In this document: in pieces, positions 7,584 through 16,492 of the stretch
Layout of the letters: every line of letters begins with the position of its first letter
Numbering within the stretch: position 1 is the first letter of the stretch
NCBI GenBank assembly: GCA_030620975.1
Contig: JAUXIO010000001.1
Span: 1 to 58,092, forward strand
From: Dehalococcoidia bacterium
GTDB lineage: Bacteria > Chloroflexota > Dehalococcoidia > GIF9 > JAUXIO01
Length of the DNA: 58,092 nucleotides
Direction: 5' to 3'
Made by a program: the position numbers and the translations under genes
The notes under the pieces: model-generated
Told to the model about the DNA's origin: nothing
Seen by the model: the letters and a program-made list of their open reading frames with translations, nothing else
Database searches by the model: none

Positions 7584-8699
7584 ATGGCGAAAGAAAACAT
7601 CGCGAGGAAATCTGCAGCGTTAGAATTATCCCACGTAAGCGCTGGCAAGAAAGTGCTACTTTATCATCTTGGCTGGCGAAATCGGCTATATGCTATAGCC
7701 GGGCTTGGCTTACTTCTGGTACTGGTAATAGTTTTGGCTTCGGCTATAGGTAGCACTCATATTTCCCTCTCTACAGTGGGCAGCATGTTGCTAGCCAGGT
7801 TGCCTTTTGTTGAAATTCCGACTGCTTGGGTAGGCAGCCTAGAAATCATTATTTTTGATATTCGCTTACCTCGGGTAATGTTAGCTGGTCTGGTGGGTGC
7901 TGCTTTGGCGGTTGCCGGGGCTACTTACCAAGGGCTGTTCCGCAATCCCCTTGCTGACCCTTATCTCATTGGTGTGGCCCAAGGGGCGGCTTTGGGAGCT
8001 GTCATTGGTTTCCTTCTGCCGGGAAATTGGCACATAGCCAGTTTTGGTTTTATCCCACTGCTGGCTTTTGCTGGCGCCTTGATGGCGGTGGCTGTTGTTT
8101 ATGCTGTAGCCCGAGTGGGTAAGACTTTGCCAATGACCACGCTGATTCTGGCCGGTGTGGCTTTGGGCGCCTTTTTGGCCTCGATTACTTCTTATTTGGT
8201 TATTACTTCTGGGGAGAAGCTGCACGGCATAGTTACCTGGCTTCTGGGGTCATTCTCATTAGCCAGGTGGGGAGAGGTGATGGTGGTTCTTCCCTATGTG
8301 TTAGTTGGGACAGTGGTTATCTGGTTTTATGCCCGACCATTAAATGTAATGCAGCTTGATGAGGAGCAGGCACAGCAACTGGGCATCAATGTTGAGCGGG
8401 TTAAGTTGATTCTGCTTGCTGCGGCTACTTTAATTACCGCCGCCGCCGTTTGTTTTTGCGGCACCATTGGCTTTGTGGGCATTATCATTCCCCACGCCGT
8501 GCGTCTTATCTGGGGTCCTGACCATCGCTTTCTGTTGCCCTTATCCACCCTGGCCGGCGCCAGCTTCTTAATTTTGGCTGACGCCGTAGCTAGAACTGTA
8601 ATGGCGCCTGCCGAGATACCAATAGGGGTGATAACTGCCTTTCTGGGTGCCCCCTTCTTTCTCTTTCTGTTGCGGCAGAAGAGAAGGGCGATTTTCTGA
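7584..8699 (+). CDS. btuC: FecCD-family ABC permease, B12 importer BtuC-type
   Basis: Multi-TM FecCD pattern (RLPRVMLAGLVGAALAVAGATYQGLFRNPLADPYLIGV...). A riboswitch lies upstream. The ATG at 7584 is preferred because the track start at 7554 falls inside the terminator hairpin. Confidence 0.85.
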   Translation: MAKENIARKSAALELSHVSAGKKVLLYHLGWRNRLYAIAGLGLLLVLVIVLASAIGSTHISLSTVGSMLLARLPFVEIPTAWVGSLEIIIFDIRLPRVMLAGLVGAALAVAGATYQGLFRNPLADPYLIGVAQGAALGAVIGFLLPGNWHIASFGFIPLLAFAGALMAVAVVYAVARVGKTLPMTTLILAGVALGAFLASITSYLVITSGEKLHGIVTWLLGSFSLARWGEVMVVLPYVLVGTVVIWFYARPLNVMQLDEEQAQQLGINVERVKLILLAAATLITAAAVCFCGTIGFVGIIIPHAVRLIWGPDHRFLLPLSTLAGASFLILADAVARTVMAPAEIPIGVITAFLGAPFFLFLLRQKRRAIF

Positions 8700-8701
8700 A
8701 A

Positions 8702-9532
8702 GTGAAGGGGATTAAGGTGCTTGATTTGCGATTGAAGAAAGTTAGCCTGGGCTATGGGGACCAGCTGGTCCTCGAGGGTATTGAACTTGAGGCTAAACCC
8801 GGTGAAATTTTGGGGGTCATTGGACCCAATGGTTGCGGGAAATCAACTTTGATTAGAGGCATTTCCCGCATAATTACACCCAGCTCGGGGCGAATCTTTA
8901 TTGACGGGCAGAATATTGATGTCATGAGTCGAAGTAATTTAGCTCGCATGGTGGCCGTGGTGCCTCAAAGCCCACTTCTACCAGAGTCGTTTACTGCTTT
9001 TGAGCTGGTGCTCATGGGGAGAACTCCCCATCTTGGTCGTTTTAGCTATGAAGGGGAGAAGGATGTAGCTATTGTTCAGAGGGCAATGGAAGTAACTCAG
9101 ACCATTGCTTTTGCCCGTCGTAGATTAAAAGAGCTTTCTGGCGGCGAGAGGCAACGCTTGGTTATCGCCCGGGCTTTAGCTCAGGAGCCCAAGGTAATGC
9201 TTCTCGATGAGCCAACAGCTCACCTTGATATTAATTATCAGGTGGAGATACTTGACCTTGTTAGCCAGCTTTGCCGGCAGCAAGGGTTAATAGTGGTGGC
9301 GACATTACATAACCTTAATTTAGCTTCTCAGTATTGTGACCAACTGGTTATGCTTCACGGGGGAAGAATCTATAGTCGGGGTTCGCCTGGTGCGGTTATC
9401 AATAAACAGGCTATCAAGGAAGTCTATGGGGCTGAAGTTTATGTCTATCCTCACCCGGTTAATAGTTTGCCCATGACTTTTATTGTACCCAGTGAGGATG
9501 GACATAGGCAACGCAGCAGAAAATTAGGTTAA
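8702..9532 (+). CDS. btuD: ABC transporter ATP-binding protein, BtuD/FecE-type
   Basis: Walker A GPNGCGKST, signature LSGGERQR, Walker B MLLDEPTAHLD. Confidence 0.85.
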   Translation: MKGIKVLDLRLKKVSLGYGDQLVLEGIELEAKPGEILGVIGPNGCGKSTLIRGISRIITPSSGRIFIDGQNIDVMSRSNLARMVAVVPQSPLLPESFTAFELVLMGRTPHLGRFSYEGEKDVAIVQRAMEVTQTIAFARRRLKELSGGERQRLVIARALAQEPKVMLLDEPTAHLDINYQVEILDLVSQLCRQQGLIVVATLHNLNLASQYCDQLVMLHGGRIYSRGSPGAVINKQAIKEVYGAEVYVYPHPVNSLPMTFIVPSEDGHRQRSRKLG

Positions 9533-9538
9533 AAATAT

Positions 9539-10468
9539 ATGGAAATTGCAATTATTATCTTGTTGGCCGTTGCTGTTGATATTGCTTTTGGCGAGCTGCC
9601 TAATCCTCTGCATCCAGTGGCTTGGTTGGGTAAGGCTATCTCTTGGGAGACGAAGTGGGTGCCAAGGTGGGGAAAGATAATTGAGCTAATTTACGGCATT
9701 GGCATAGTTCTGGTGACACTGGGGGTGATTGTTACCTGTGTTTATTTTCTTCTAATTTACCTGAAGCAGTTCAGCCCAGTGGCTTATATTTTTGGAGCGG
9801 CTTTTTTGCTTAAGTTCACCTTTTCTCTTAGTGGATTGAAAAAGGCGGCGGTTAAAGTTAGGGACTTTATGGCAGGGGATAACCAAGATGGGGCACGTCG
9901 TCAATTGCGGGCTCTGGTGAGCCGCGATACTACCTCTCTTGATAAGGAACATTTAGTCTCGGCTGTGGTGGAATCAGTGGCTGAAAATAGCTGTGACAGC
10001 TTTGTGGCGCCAATTGGCTATTTCCTCATTTTTGGTGTGCCCGGAGCGGTAGCTTACCGGGTCATCAATACCTTTGATGCCATGGTGGGCTATCATGGGC
10101 ACTGGGAATATTTGGGGAAGTTTGCTGCCAGGCTGGATGATGTGGTTAATTTCTTACCTGCCCGGCTCACCGCCTTAATAATAATCCTGGCTACTTATCT
10201 CCGTAAAAGGGATGTGGCTGGGGCATGGCATATCATGCTTCGCGATCACGGCAGAACAAAAAGCCCCAATGCCGGTTGGACGATGAGCGCCATGGCTGGT
10301 GCCCTGGGAGTGCAGCTAGAAAAGGCAGGATATTATAAGCTGGGTGATAACCATTATTCTTTAGCGCTGGAGACTATAGACTCCTCGCTCCAGTTGATGG
10401 TAATGGTAGCTCTCCTATGGAGCTTGGTATCTGTTTTAACGGGGGTGATGCTCTTTGTTATTGCCTAA
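9539..10468 (+). CDS. cbiB: adenosylcobinamide-phosphate synthase CbiB
   Basis: N-terminal GELPNPLHPVAWLGKAI motif, a membrane protein, in a cobamide operon. Confidence 0.85.
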   Translation: MEIAIIILLAVAVDIAFGELPNPLHPVAWLGKAISWETKWVPRWGKIIELIYGIGIVLVTLGVIVTCVYFLLIYLKQFSPVAYIFGAAFLLKFTFSLSGLKKAAVKVRDFMAGDNQDGARRQLRALVSRDTTSLDKEHLVSAVVESVAENSCDSFVAPIGYFLIFGVPGAVAYRVINTFDAMVGYHGHWEYLGKFAARLDDVVNFLPARLTALIIILATYLRKRDVAGAWHIMLRDHGRTKSPNAGWTMSAMAGALGVQLEKAGYYKLGDNHYSLALETIDSSLQLMVMVALLWSLVSVLTGVMLFVIA

Positions 10469-11558
10469 ACCGGGGATAGATGGGTTTGGACCTTGTGCTC
10501 ATGGGGGGCTTGATTATGGCGAGTTAGAAAAACTGGGTATTGCTCCAGGGGAAATTCTCGATTTTAGCGTCAATTCCAATCCCTTTGGGCCACCGCCGAG
10601 CGTGAAAGAAGCTTTGGCTGATGTGACTATTGAGCGCTATCCCGATTCTGAAGCCATTGAGTTGAAGAGGGCCCTGTCGTTGAAGTTAGGTGTGGCTCCG
10701 CAAAATCTCCTGGTGGGTGGTGGCTCTACTGAGCTGCTCAGGCTGGTGGCACTTGGCTATTTTGGTTGTGATGATTTAGTCCTCATTTCCCAGCCCACCT
10801 TTGGTGAATATGAGGTTGCCTGTCGCTTGGTTGGCGCCCGAGTTCTGATGCAGCAAGCGGAGGAGGAGAATAAGTTTCGGTTGAGAGCGTCGGAGACCGT
10901 GGACTTGATTAAAAGGCATAAGCCCAAAGGTATTTTTTGGGCCAGTCCCAATAATCCCACCGGGCAATATTTTGACAAACGGGAAATTGAGTTAATTCTG
11001 GAAGTGGCTAAAGACAGCTTGGTTATTTTGGATGAGGCTTATATTGCCTTTGTGGCCGAGGCTTGGCCTTCGCTGGATTTAATTGGGTGGGGTAACTTGG
11101 TTGTCTTGCGTTCGATGACCAAGGATTATGCATTAGCTGGGTTGCGTCTTGGCTATGCTGTGGCAGCAGAGTCAATTATTTTTAACCTGCGCCGAGTTCA
11201 ATCGCCGTGGAATGTGAATTGGGCAGCCCAAAGAGCCGGGCTTGCTGCCCTAGCTGAAGATGGATATCTGGAAGAGTGTAAGGTTAAAATTGAAGAAGCA
11301 AAGGAATTCCTTGTAGAAGAACTTACCCGCCTTGGTTTATCCCCCCTGCCATCGCGAGCTAATTTCTTTCTGGTTAAAGTAGGTAAAGCCAGAGAGTTTC
11401 GGCGAACTCTTCTACAGCGGCGAATTCTAGTCCGGGATTGTACCTCTTTTGGCTTAGCTGATTATATTCGGCTGGCTCCCCGAACTTTGCCCGAGTGCCG
11501 CAAGTTAATCGCAGCTATAGAAGATGTCGGAGTTCTGTCAAAAGGTTTGGGTAATTAG
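10455..11558 (+). CDS. cobD: threonine-phosphate decarboxylase (class I/II aminotransferase fold)
   Basis: HGG..., NSNPFGPP, PNNPTG and SMTKDYALAGLRLGY (PLP-Lys region). TTG start overlaps the cbiB stop. Assigned from operon context, so a histidinol-phosphate aminotransferase is not formally excluded. Confidence 0.7.
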   Translation: MLLPKPGIDGFGPCAHGGLDYGELEKLGIAPGEILDFSVNSNPFGPPPSVKEALADVTIERYPDSEAIELKRALSLKLGVAPQNLLVGGGSTELLRLVALGYFGCDDLVLISQPTFGEYEVACRLVGARVLMQQAEEENKFRLRASETVDLIKRHKPKGIFWASPNNPTGQYFDKREIELILEVAKDSLVILDEAYIAFVAEAWPSLDLIGWGNLVVLRSMTKDYALAGLRLGYAVAAESIIFNLRRVQSPWNVNWAAQRAGLAALAEDGYLEECKVKIEEAKEFLVEELTRLGLSPLPSRANFFLVKVGKAREFRRTLLQRRILVRDCTSFGLADYIRLAPRTLPECRKLIAAIEDVGVLSKGLGN

Positions 11559-11608
11559 ACAGAATCTTAGTTTACCTTGAATTTACAGAATAGTCTTTGG
11601 AGGTGATT

Positions 11609-12127
11609 ATGGCTAAGCGCGGTCTTATTCAGGTTTATACCGGTGAGGGCAAGGGTAAAACTACGGCTGCTTTGGGCTTGGCAATGAGGGCTGTGGGACA
11701 GGGGATGAAGGTAATTTTCATTCAATTTGTCAAAGGTGACCCCAACTGTGGCGAGCACCTTTTTGCATCAAAGTATCATCCCTTTGATATAGTCCAGCTC
11801 GCCGTTGGTGATAGTTTTGACAAGACCAAGGAGCAACTCAGTGCAGATGCTCAACGGACTTTGGCTTATGCCGAAGAAGCCATAGTTCACGGCGGCTGTG
11901 ACATGGTTATTCTGGATGAAATTTTTATTGCAGTAAAACAGGGCTCGATAACTACAAAGCAGGTGTTGGACTTAATAGATAAGAAGCCAGAGTCGCTAGA
12001 ATTGGTTTTAACCGGGCGGTATGTCTCCAGAGAAGTGGTGCAGCGAGCTGATTTGGTTACTGAGATGCTCATGATTAAGCACCCTTTTACTGAAGGCATC
12101 CGTGCCCGACCGGGCATTGAGTATTGA
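11609..12127 (+). CDS. cobO: cob(I)yrinic acid a,c-diamide (corrinoid) adenosyltransferase
   Basis: GLIQVYTGEGKGKTTAALGLAMRAVGQG P-loop and VILDE. ATG at 11609 with SD GGAGGTG. Confidence 0.85.
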   Translation: MAKRGLIQVYTGEGKGKTTAALGLAMRAVGQGMKVIFIQFVKGDPNCGEHLFASKYHPFDIVQLAVGDSFDKTKEQLSADAQRTLAYAEEAIVHGGCDMVILDEIFIAVKQGSITTKQVLDLIDKKPESLELVLTGRYVSREVVQRADLVTEMLMIKHPFTEGIRARPGIEY

Positions 12128-13236
12128 TGTGGAGTTTATCTATGACTGATTCCTTAAGCAGAGTCTTGAAAGCAATAAAGCCTTTAGATGAGTCTGCCAT
12201 GGCGGCGGCGCGAAAGCGTCAGGATAGCTTGACTAAACCATTGGGCAGCCTGGGCAGGCTGGAGGAGCTATCAATTAAGATCGCTGGCATCAGGGGTGAG
12301 CCCATGCCCAAGCTTGAACATAAAGCTATTGTAACTATGGCTGCTGACCATGGCGTTGTTGCTGAGGGAGTAAGCCTTTATCCTCAAGAGGTGTCCAGGC
12401 AGATGGTGCTTAATTTTCTCCGTGGTTATGCCGCTATAAATGTTTTAGCCAGTCAAGTGGGAGCAAGAGTGGCAGTGGTTGATATGGGGGTGATTGGCGG
12501 TTTTCCGCCAAATCCCGGTCTGCTGTGCAGGATGATTGACTTTGGCACTGGGAATATGGCGCTGGGACCGGCTATGAGCCGTCAGCAGGCGATAGATGCT
12601 TTGGAAGCGGGCATAGAAGTAGTTGAAGCCGAGATGAGCAAAGGACTTGATATTGTTGCCACTGGCGATATGGGTATTGGCAATACCACGGCCAGCAGTG
12701 CCATTTGTGCGGTTATTACTAGCGAGCCTGTGGAAAAAGTTACCGGGAGGGGTGCCGGGATTGATGATGAGCAATTAATGCATAAAGTTGACATAATCAA
12801 ACGGGCGTTGGAGATTAACCAGCCCGACTCAAAAGACTCAATAGATGTACTGGCTAAAGTTGGCGGCTTTGAGATTGGCGGCTTGGCTGGCGTTATTCTG
12901 GCAGCGGCCGCCCACCGCATTCCAGTGGTTATTGATGGTTTTATCTCCGGAGCTGCGGCCCTCATTGCCGCTGGGCTGTCGCCTCAGGTCAAAGACTATT
13001 TAATCGCCGCTCATGTTTCTGCCGAAGCTGGACATCGAGTTCTGCTTGATTTCCTTGGCTTGAGGCCGCTGCTTGACCTTGAGATGCGTCTCGGCGAAGG
13101 CAGTGGTGCTGCTCTGGGCATTTTTCTTGTTGAAGCCTCGGTAAACATCTTGGCTGGAATGGCTACCTTTAATGAGGCCGGCGTTTCTGAGGCCGAGATA
13201 CCTATGGAAGCTAAACAGAGTGAGGAGGGGGGTTAG
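12127..13236 (+). CDS. cobT: nicotinate-nucleotide--dimethylbenzimidazole phosphoribosyltransferase
   Basis: KPLGSLGRLEEL, GDMGIGNTT and LRLGEGSGAALA-like (MRLGEGSGAALG) motifs. An alternative start lies at 12142. Confidence 0.85.
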   Translation: MWSLSMTDSLSRVLKAIKPLDESAMAAARKRQDSLTKPLGSLGRLEELSIKIAGIRGEPMPKLEHKAIVTMAADHGVVAEGVSLYPQEVSRQMVLNFLRGYAAINVLASQVGARVAVVDMGVIGGFPPNPGLLCRMIDFGTGNMALGPAMSRQQAIDALEAGIEVVEAEMSKGLDIVATGDMGIGNTTASSAICAVITSEPVEKVTGRGAGIDDEQLMHKVDIIKRALEINQPDSKDSIDVLAKVGGFEIGGLAGVILAAAAHRIPVVIDGFISGAAALIAAGLSPQVKDYLIAAHVSAEAGHRVLLDFLGLRPLLDLEMRLGEGSGAALGIFLVEASVNILAGMATFNEAGVSEAEIPMEAKQSEEGG

Positions 13237-13241
13237 GGGAA

Positions 13242-13982
13242 TTGGGCTTTTGGACGGCGCTCCAGTTTTTGACTATATTTCCCACGCCATTACATCGCCA
13301 GGCTAGCATTGAGGAAACTGGCCGTTCCTTGAGCTATTTCCCAGCAGTAGGCTTAATTCTGGGACTTATTCTGCTGGGCGCTGATTACCTATTTAGTTTA
13401 GTTCTGCCCACTTCTGTGGTGAGCGCTTTACTTATTGTTATTCTGGTTGTCCTCAGCGGTGCTCATCATCTTGATGGTTTTATTGATACCTGTGATGGAG
13501 TTGTTGCCGGTAAGTCTAAAGGGGAAAGGCTGGCGATAATGGCAGATAGCAAGGTGGGTGCCTTTGGCATTAGCGGTGCCCTTCTTTTACTTTTGGTTAA
13601 ATATGCAGCCTTGTGGGCGATACTCCAGCAGTTAAGATTGCCCGCTCTGCTGCTCATGCCCACTTTGAGTCGCTGTCTGATGGTTTGGGCTGTCTTTGCT
13701 TTTCCCTACGCTAGGACTTCGGGGACTGGCTTGGCTTTTAAGCGGGGTGTGAGCTGGTCAAAACTAGCTATTGCCACGGTTATAACTCTGGCTGCGTCGC
13801 TGATATTGTTGGGGTGGTGGGGGGCAGCTCTGATGGCAGCCTTGTGGCTCATAGCCTTTGGCATTGCCAGTTATCTGAACTCTAAGCTTGGTGGACTTAC
13901 TGGTGATAGTTATGGCGCTATTAATGAAGTGGGGGAAGTTGTGGTATTAATCTTGCTCATTCCTTTGGCTGGGTGGTTATAG
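13242..13982 (+). CDS. cobS: adenosylcobinamide-GDP ribazoletransferase (cobalamin synthase)
   Basis: A polytopic membrane protein with LQFLTIFP, HLDGFIDTCDG and GGLTGDSYGA motifs. Confidence 0.85.
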   Translation: MGFWTALQFLTIFPTPLHRQASIEETGRSLSYFPAVGLILGLILLGADYLFSLVLPTSVVSALLIVILVVLSGAHHLDGFIDTCDGVVAGKSKGERLAIMADSKVGAFGISGALLLLLVKYAALWAILQQLRLPALLLMPTLSRCLMVWAVFAFPYARTSGTGLAFKRGVSWSKLAIATVITLAASLILLGWWGAALMAALWLIAFGIASYLNSKLGGLTGDSYGAINEVGEVVVLILLIPLAGWL

Positions 13983-14644
13983 TGGCTAAATATGTTGTTT
14001 CCTGGAGCGGCGGTAAGGATAGCTGCCTCGCTTACTGGAAAGCGGTTTGTCAGGGGCTTGAGGTCGCTTACTTGCTGAACTTGGTGAACAAAGATTCGGG
14101 AAAGTCGATGTCTCACGGCTTGGACCCGAAGTTGATAGCTCTTCAGGCGCAGGCAGTGGGCTTGCCCATAATCTACAGGGCAGTTACCTGGGAAAGTTAC
14201 GAGACGGAGTTCAAAGCCGCGCTCAGAGAATTGAAGCCAGAGGGTATTACCGGATTGGTTGCTGGCGATGTTAACCTGCGGGGAGCTGGGGACTGGATGG
14301 ATAGAATTTGTGGTGAAGTTGATGTTGAGCCGGTATTGCCGCTGTGGGGGATGGATGGCTGGGAGATGTTGAATGGCTTCATAGATGCTGGCTTTAGGGC
14401 AATAGTAGTCAGCGTTAAAACGGACTTCTTTGGTAAAGAATGGCTGGGGCAGCCAGTGGATAAGAACCTATTAAGCAGATTCAAGTTGAAACCAGATATT
14501 GACCCCTTAGGTGAATCTGGAGAATACCATACTTTTGTTACCGGTGGGCCGGCCTTTAAGCGTGAGATAAAGATAGAGCAGACTGCTCGGGTATTGAGAG
14601 ATGACCGCTGGTCTCTGGATATTTTGAGGTATAGCCTTGGCTAA
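13973..14644 (+). CDS. MJ0570/Dph6-family PP-loop ATP pyrophosphatase (ATP_bind_4-like)
   Basis: PP-loop VVSWSGGKDSCLA, then PLWGMD, and a C-terminal GESGEYHTFVTGGPAF that matches the GEgGEyhT motif of this family. It overlaps cobS by 10 nt and cobU by 8 nt. Confidence 0.75.
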   Translation: MVIVAKYVVSWSGGKDSCLAYWKAVCQGLEVAYLLNLVNKDSGKSMSHGLDPKLIALQAQAVGLPIIYRAVTWESYETEFKAALRELKPEGITGLVAGDVNLRGAGDWMDRICGEVDVEPVLPLWGMDGWEMLNGFIDAGFRAIVVSVKTDFFGKEWLGQPVDKNLLSRFKLKPDIDPLGESGEYHTFVTGGPAFKREIKIEQTARVLRDDRWSLDILRYSLG

Positions 14645-15203
14645 GGGATGCATTCTTGTTCTTGGCGGCGCTCGCAGCGGCAAGAGCCATTTTGCTCAGG
14701 AATTAGCCGCTAAACTGGGAAGCAGAGTGCTCTTTGTAGCTACCGGTGAGGCTTTAGATGAAGAAATGCTTTATCGGATTAGCCAGCATAAGAAGCTTCG
14801 CCCTCAGAGCTGGCGGACTTTAGAGGTGTCTAAAGAGGTGGGGAAGAAGATAATGGAGCATATTGGTGATGCCGAGGTGGTTGTTATTGATTGTCTTACT
14901 CTGCTTGCCTCCAACGTTGTCACTGAAGGTGAACTTTGGCGGGAACCGGCACGGGCTGAAGAAGAGATGCTGGCTGAAATAAGTGAAATTATTGATTGCA
15001 TGGATAAACTTGCCGTCAGCTTTATCGTCGTCTCTAATGAAGTTGGTATGGGGTTGGTGCCTGAGAATGAGCTGGGCCGCCTTTATCGTGACCTTCTAGG
15101 TAGGGGCAACCAGCTCATTGCTCAGCGTGCTGGCGAGGTTTATCTTCTCGCGGCGGGCGTGCCGGTGAAAATAAAGGAGAAGGACAGTGTAACTGAAAGC
15201 TGA
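14637..15203 (+). CDS. cobU: adenosylcobinamide kinase / adenosylcobinamide-phosphate guanylyltransferase
   Basis: P-loop LVLGGARSGKSHFAQ, about 188 aa, VSNEVGMGLVPEN. Confidence 0.85.
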   Translation: MAKGCILVLGGARSGKSHFAQELAAKLGSRVLFVATGEALDEEMLYRISQHKKLRPQSWRTLEVSKEVGKKIMEHIGDAEVVVIDCLTLLASNVVTEGELWREPARAEEEMLAEISEIIDCMDKLAVSFIVVSNEVGMGLVPENELGRLYRDLLGRGNQLIAQRAGEVYLLAAGVPVKIKEKDSVTES

Positions 15204-15209
15204 AAAGTT

Positions 15210-15345
15210 AAGAGGTGCCTGAGGGTGACCGAAGGCTTAAATGGGGAGCAAGTCGGTGTAATTCCGGCACAGTCTCGCCTGCTGTTAAAGTCAGAACGCC
15301 TGCCTCATTTTAAGTAAGCCTCCGCGGAGAAAGGGGGTGGGAAGA
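15210..15345 (+). promoter_or_regulatory. cobalamin (B12) riboswitch aptamer, copy 2
   Basis: Core ggcttaaatggggagcaagtcGGTGtaATTCCGGcacaGTCTCGCctGCTGTtaaagtcagaacgc and gcctccgcggagaaagggggtggga are nearly identical to copy 1. It sits 5' of btuF. Confidence 0.85.
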
Positions 15346-15425
15346 ATGAATCGAGCAACATTTATGAACCCCCTTGCTCTTTGGAGCTGGGGATTTTTGT
15401 TTGTAGCAAAGCTGAGGAGGTTTTG

Positions 15426-16439
15426 ATGAAAAGATATATTTTAGCGTTTTTGAGTTTATTGATGGTAGTTGGGCTGCTTCTTTCGGCTGCCTGTGCCCCC
15501 GCAGAGGCACCAGTGGCGCCGCCGCCAGAGGCACCGCCGTCTGAGGCACCTTCTGAACTGCCAGCACCACCGCCCGAGCTGGAGGAGCCGCTGCCCAGCT
15601 TTCCTATAACCGTGGTTGATGATTTAGGAAGAACGGTAGAAATTGAGAAGCTGCCACAGCGGGTTATTTCCCTTTCTCCAGGTAATACTGAGATTCTCTT
15701 TGCCTTAGGTTTGGATGATGAAATAGTCGGGGTCACCGCATATTGTAACTACCCCGAGGCGGCTAAGACCAAGCCGAGGGTAGGCGGCTATTATCCTCCA
15801 GATATAGAGAAGATAGTTTCCCTGGAGCCAGATTTGGTATTTGCCGACGCAATCCATGAAAAAGCTGTACTTCCGGCTCTGGAGGATGTGGGACTGACAG
15901 TGGTTGTTAACGCTGCTGAATCTATAGATGCCGTGCTGCACGATATCACCTTGATGGGTCAGATTGTGGGAAAGAGCAGAAGAGCTTCTCAACTGGTTGC
16001 TGACTTGACTGAGAGAATTGAGGCGATAACTGCAAAAACGGGGGCATTAACTCCAGAGCAGCGTCCTCGGGTTCTTTATGTCTGCTGGCATGACCCGATA
16101 TGGACGCAGGGCTCCAAGACTTTCATTGACGATTTGATTGGGAAAGCCGGCGGCATGAATATTGCCAGCGATTTTGAAAAATCTCGGATTATATCGCTGG
16201 AGGCGGTTGTTGCCAGAGATCCTCAAGTGATTGTCGTCAGCGGGATGGGCACAACCGGGGGACTGATTTTCAGCTCCATTAAAAACGAGCCGAGATTGAG
16301 GGGGACGGAGGCGATAGTTAAGGGGCAGATCTATGAAATTGATTCAGACCTCATCGACCGTCCCGGCCCCCGAATAGTAGATGCTTTAGAGCAGGTAGCT
16401 AAGTTCATTTACCCCGAAATATTTGGAATGCCTGATTAA
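15426..16439 (+). CDS. btuF: periplasmic-binding-protein lipoprotein, BtuF-type corrinoid binder
   Basis: ATG at 15426 with SD GAGGAGG. Lipoprotein signal MKRYILAFLSLLMVVGLLLSAAC. A Pro/Ala/Glu-rich linker (APAEAPVAPPPEAPPSEAPSELPAPPPELEEP) precedes the class-8 PBP core VISLSPGNTEILFALGL. Confidence 0.8.
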   Translation: MKRYILAFLSLLMVVGLLLSAACAPAEAPVAPPPEAPPSEAPSELPAPPPELEEPLPSFPITVVDDLGRTVEIEKLPQRVISLSPGNTEILFALGLDDEIVGVTAYCNYPEAAKTKPRVGGYYPPDIEKIVSLEPDLVFADAIHEKAVLPALEDVGLTVVVNAAESIDAVLHDITLMGQIVGKSRRASQLVADLTERIEAITAKTGALTPEQRPRVLYVCWHDPIWTQGSKTFIDDLIGKAGGMNIASDFEKSRIISLEAVVARDPQVIVVSGMGTTGGLIFSSIKNEPRLRGTEAIVKGQIYEIDSDLIDRPGPRIVDALEQVAKFIYPEIFGMPD

Positions 16440-16492
16440 GAGATTAGCAGGTTCAAAGCTTCTTTTCAGTCCGAAGTTCAAAGGAGGTTAAT

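Noticed and set aside
7424-7753. 109-aa plus-strand ORF starting inside the B12 riboswitch
   Set aside because: It spans the riboswitch aptamer and terminator, and runs out of frame into btuC. The RNA element explains the sequence conservation.
12582-12965. 127-aa ORF (and 12445-12774) antisense to cobT
   Set aside because: These are shadow ORFs within a strongly supported gene.
15362-15736. 124-aa minus-strand ORF rich in Gly/Ser/Ala
   Set aside because: It is the complement of the Pro/Ala/Glu linker of btuF, a compositional artefact.
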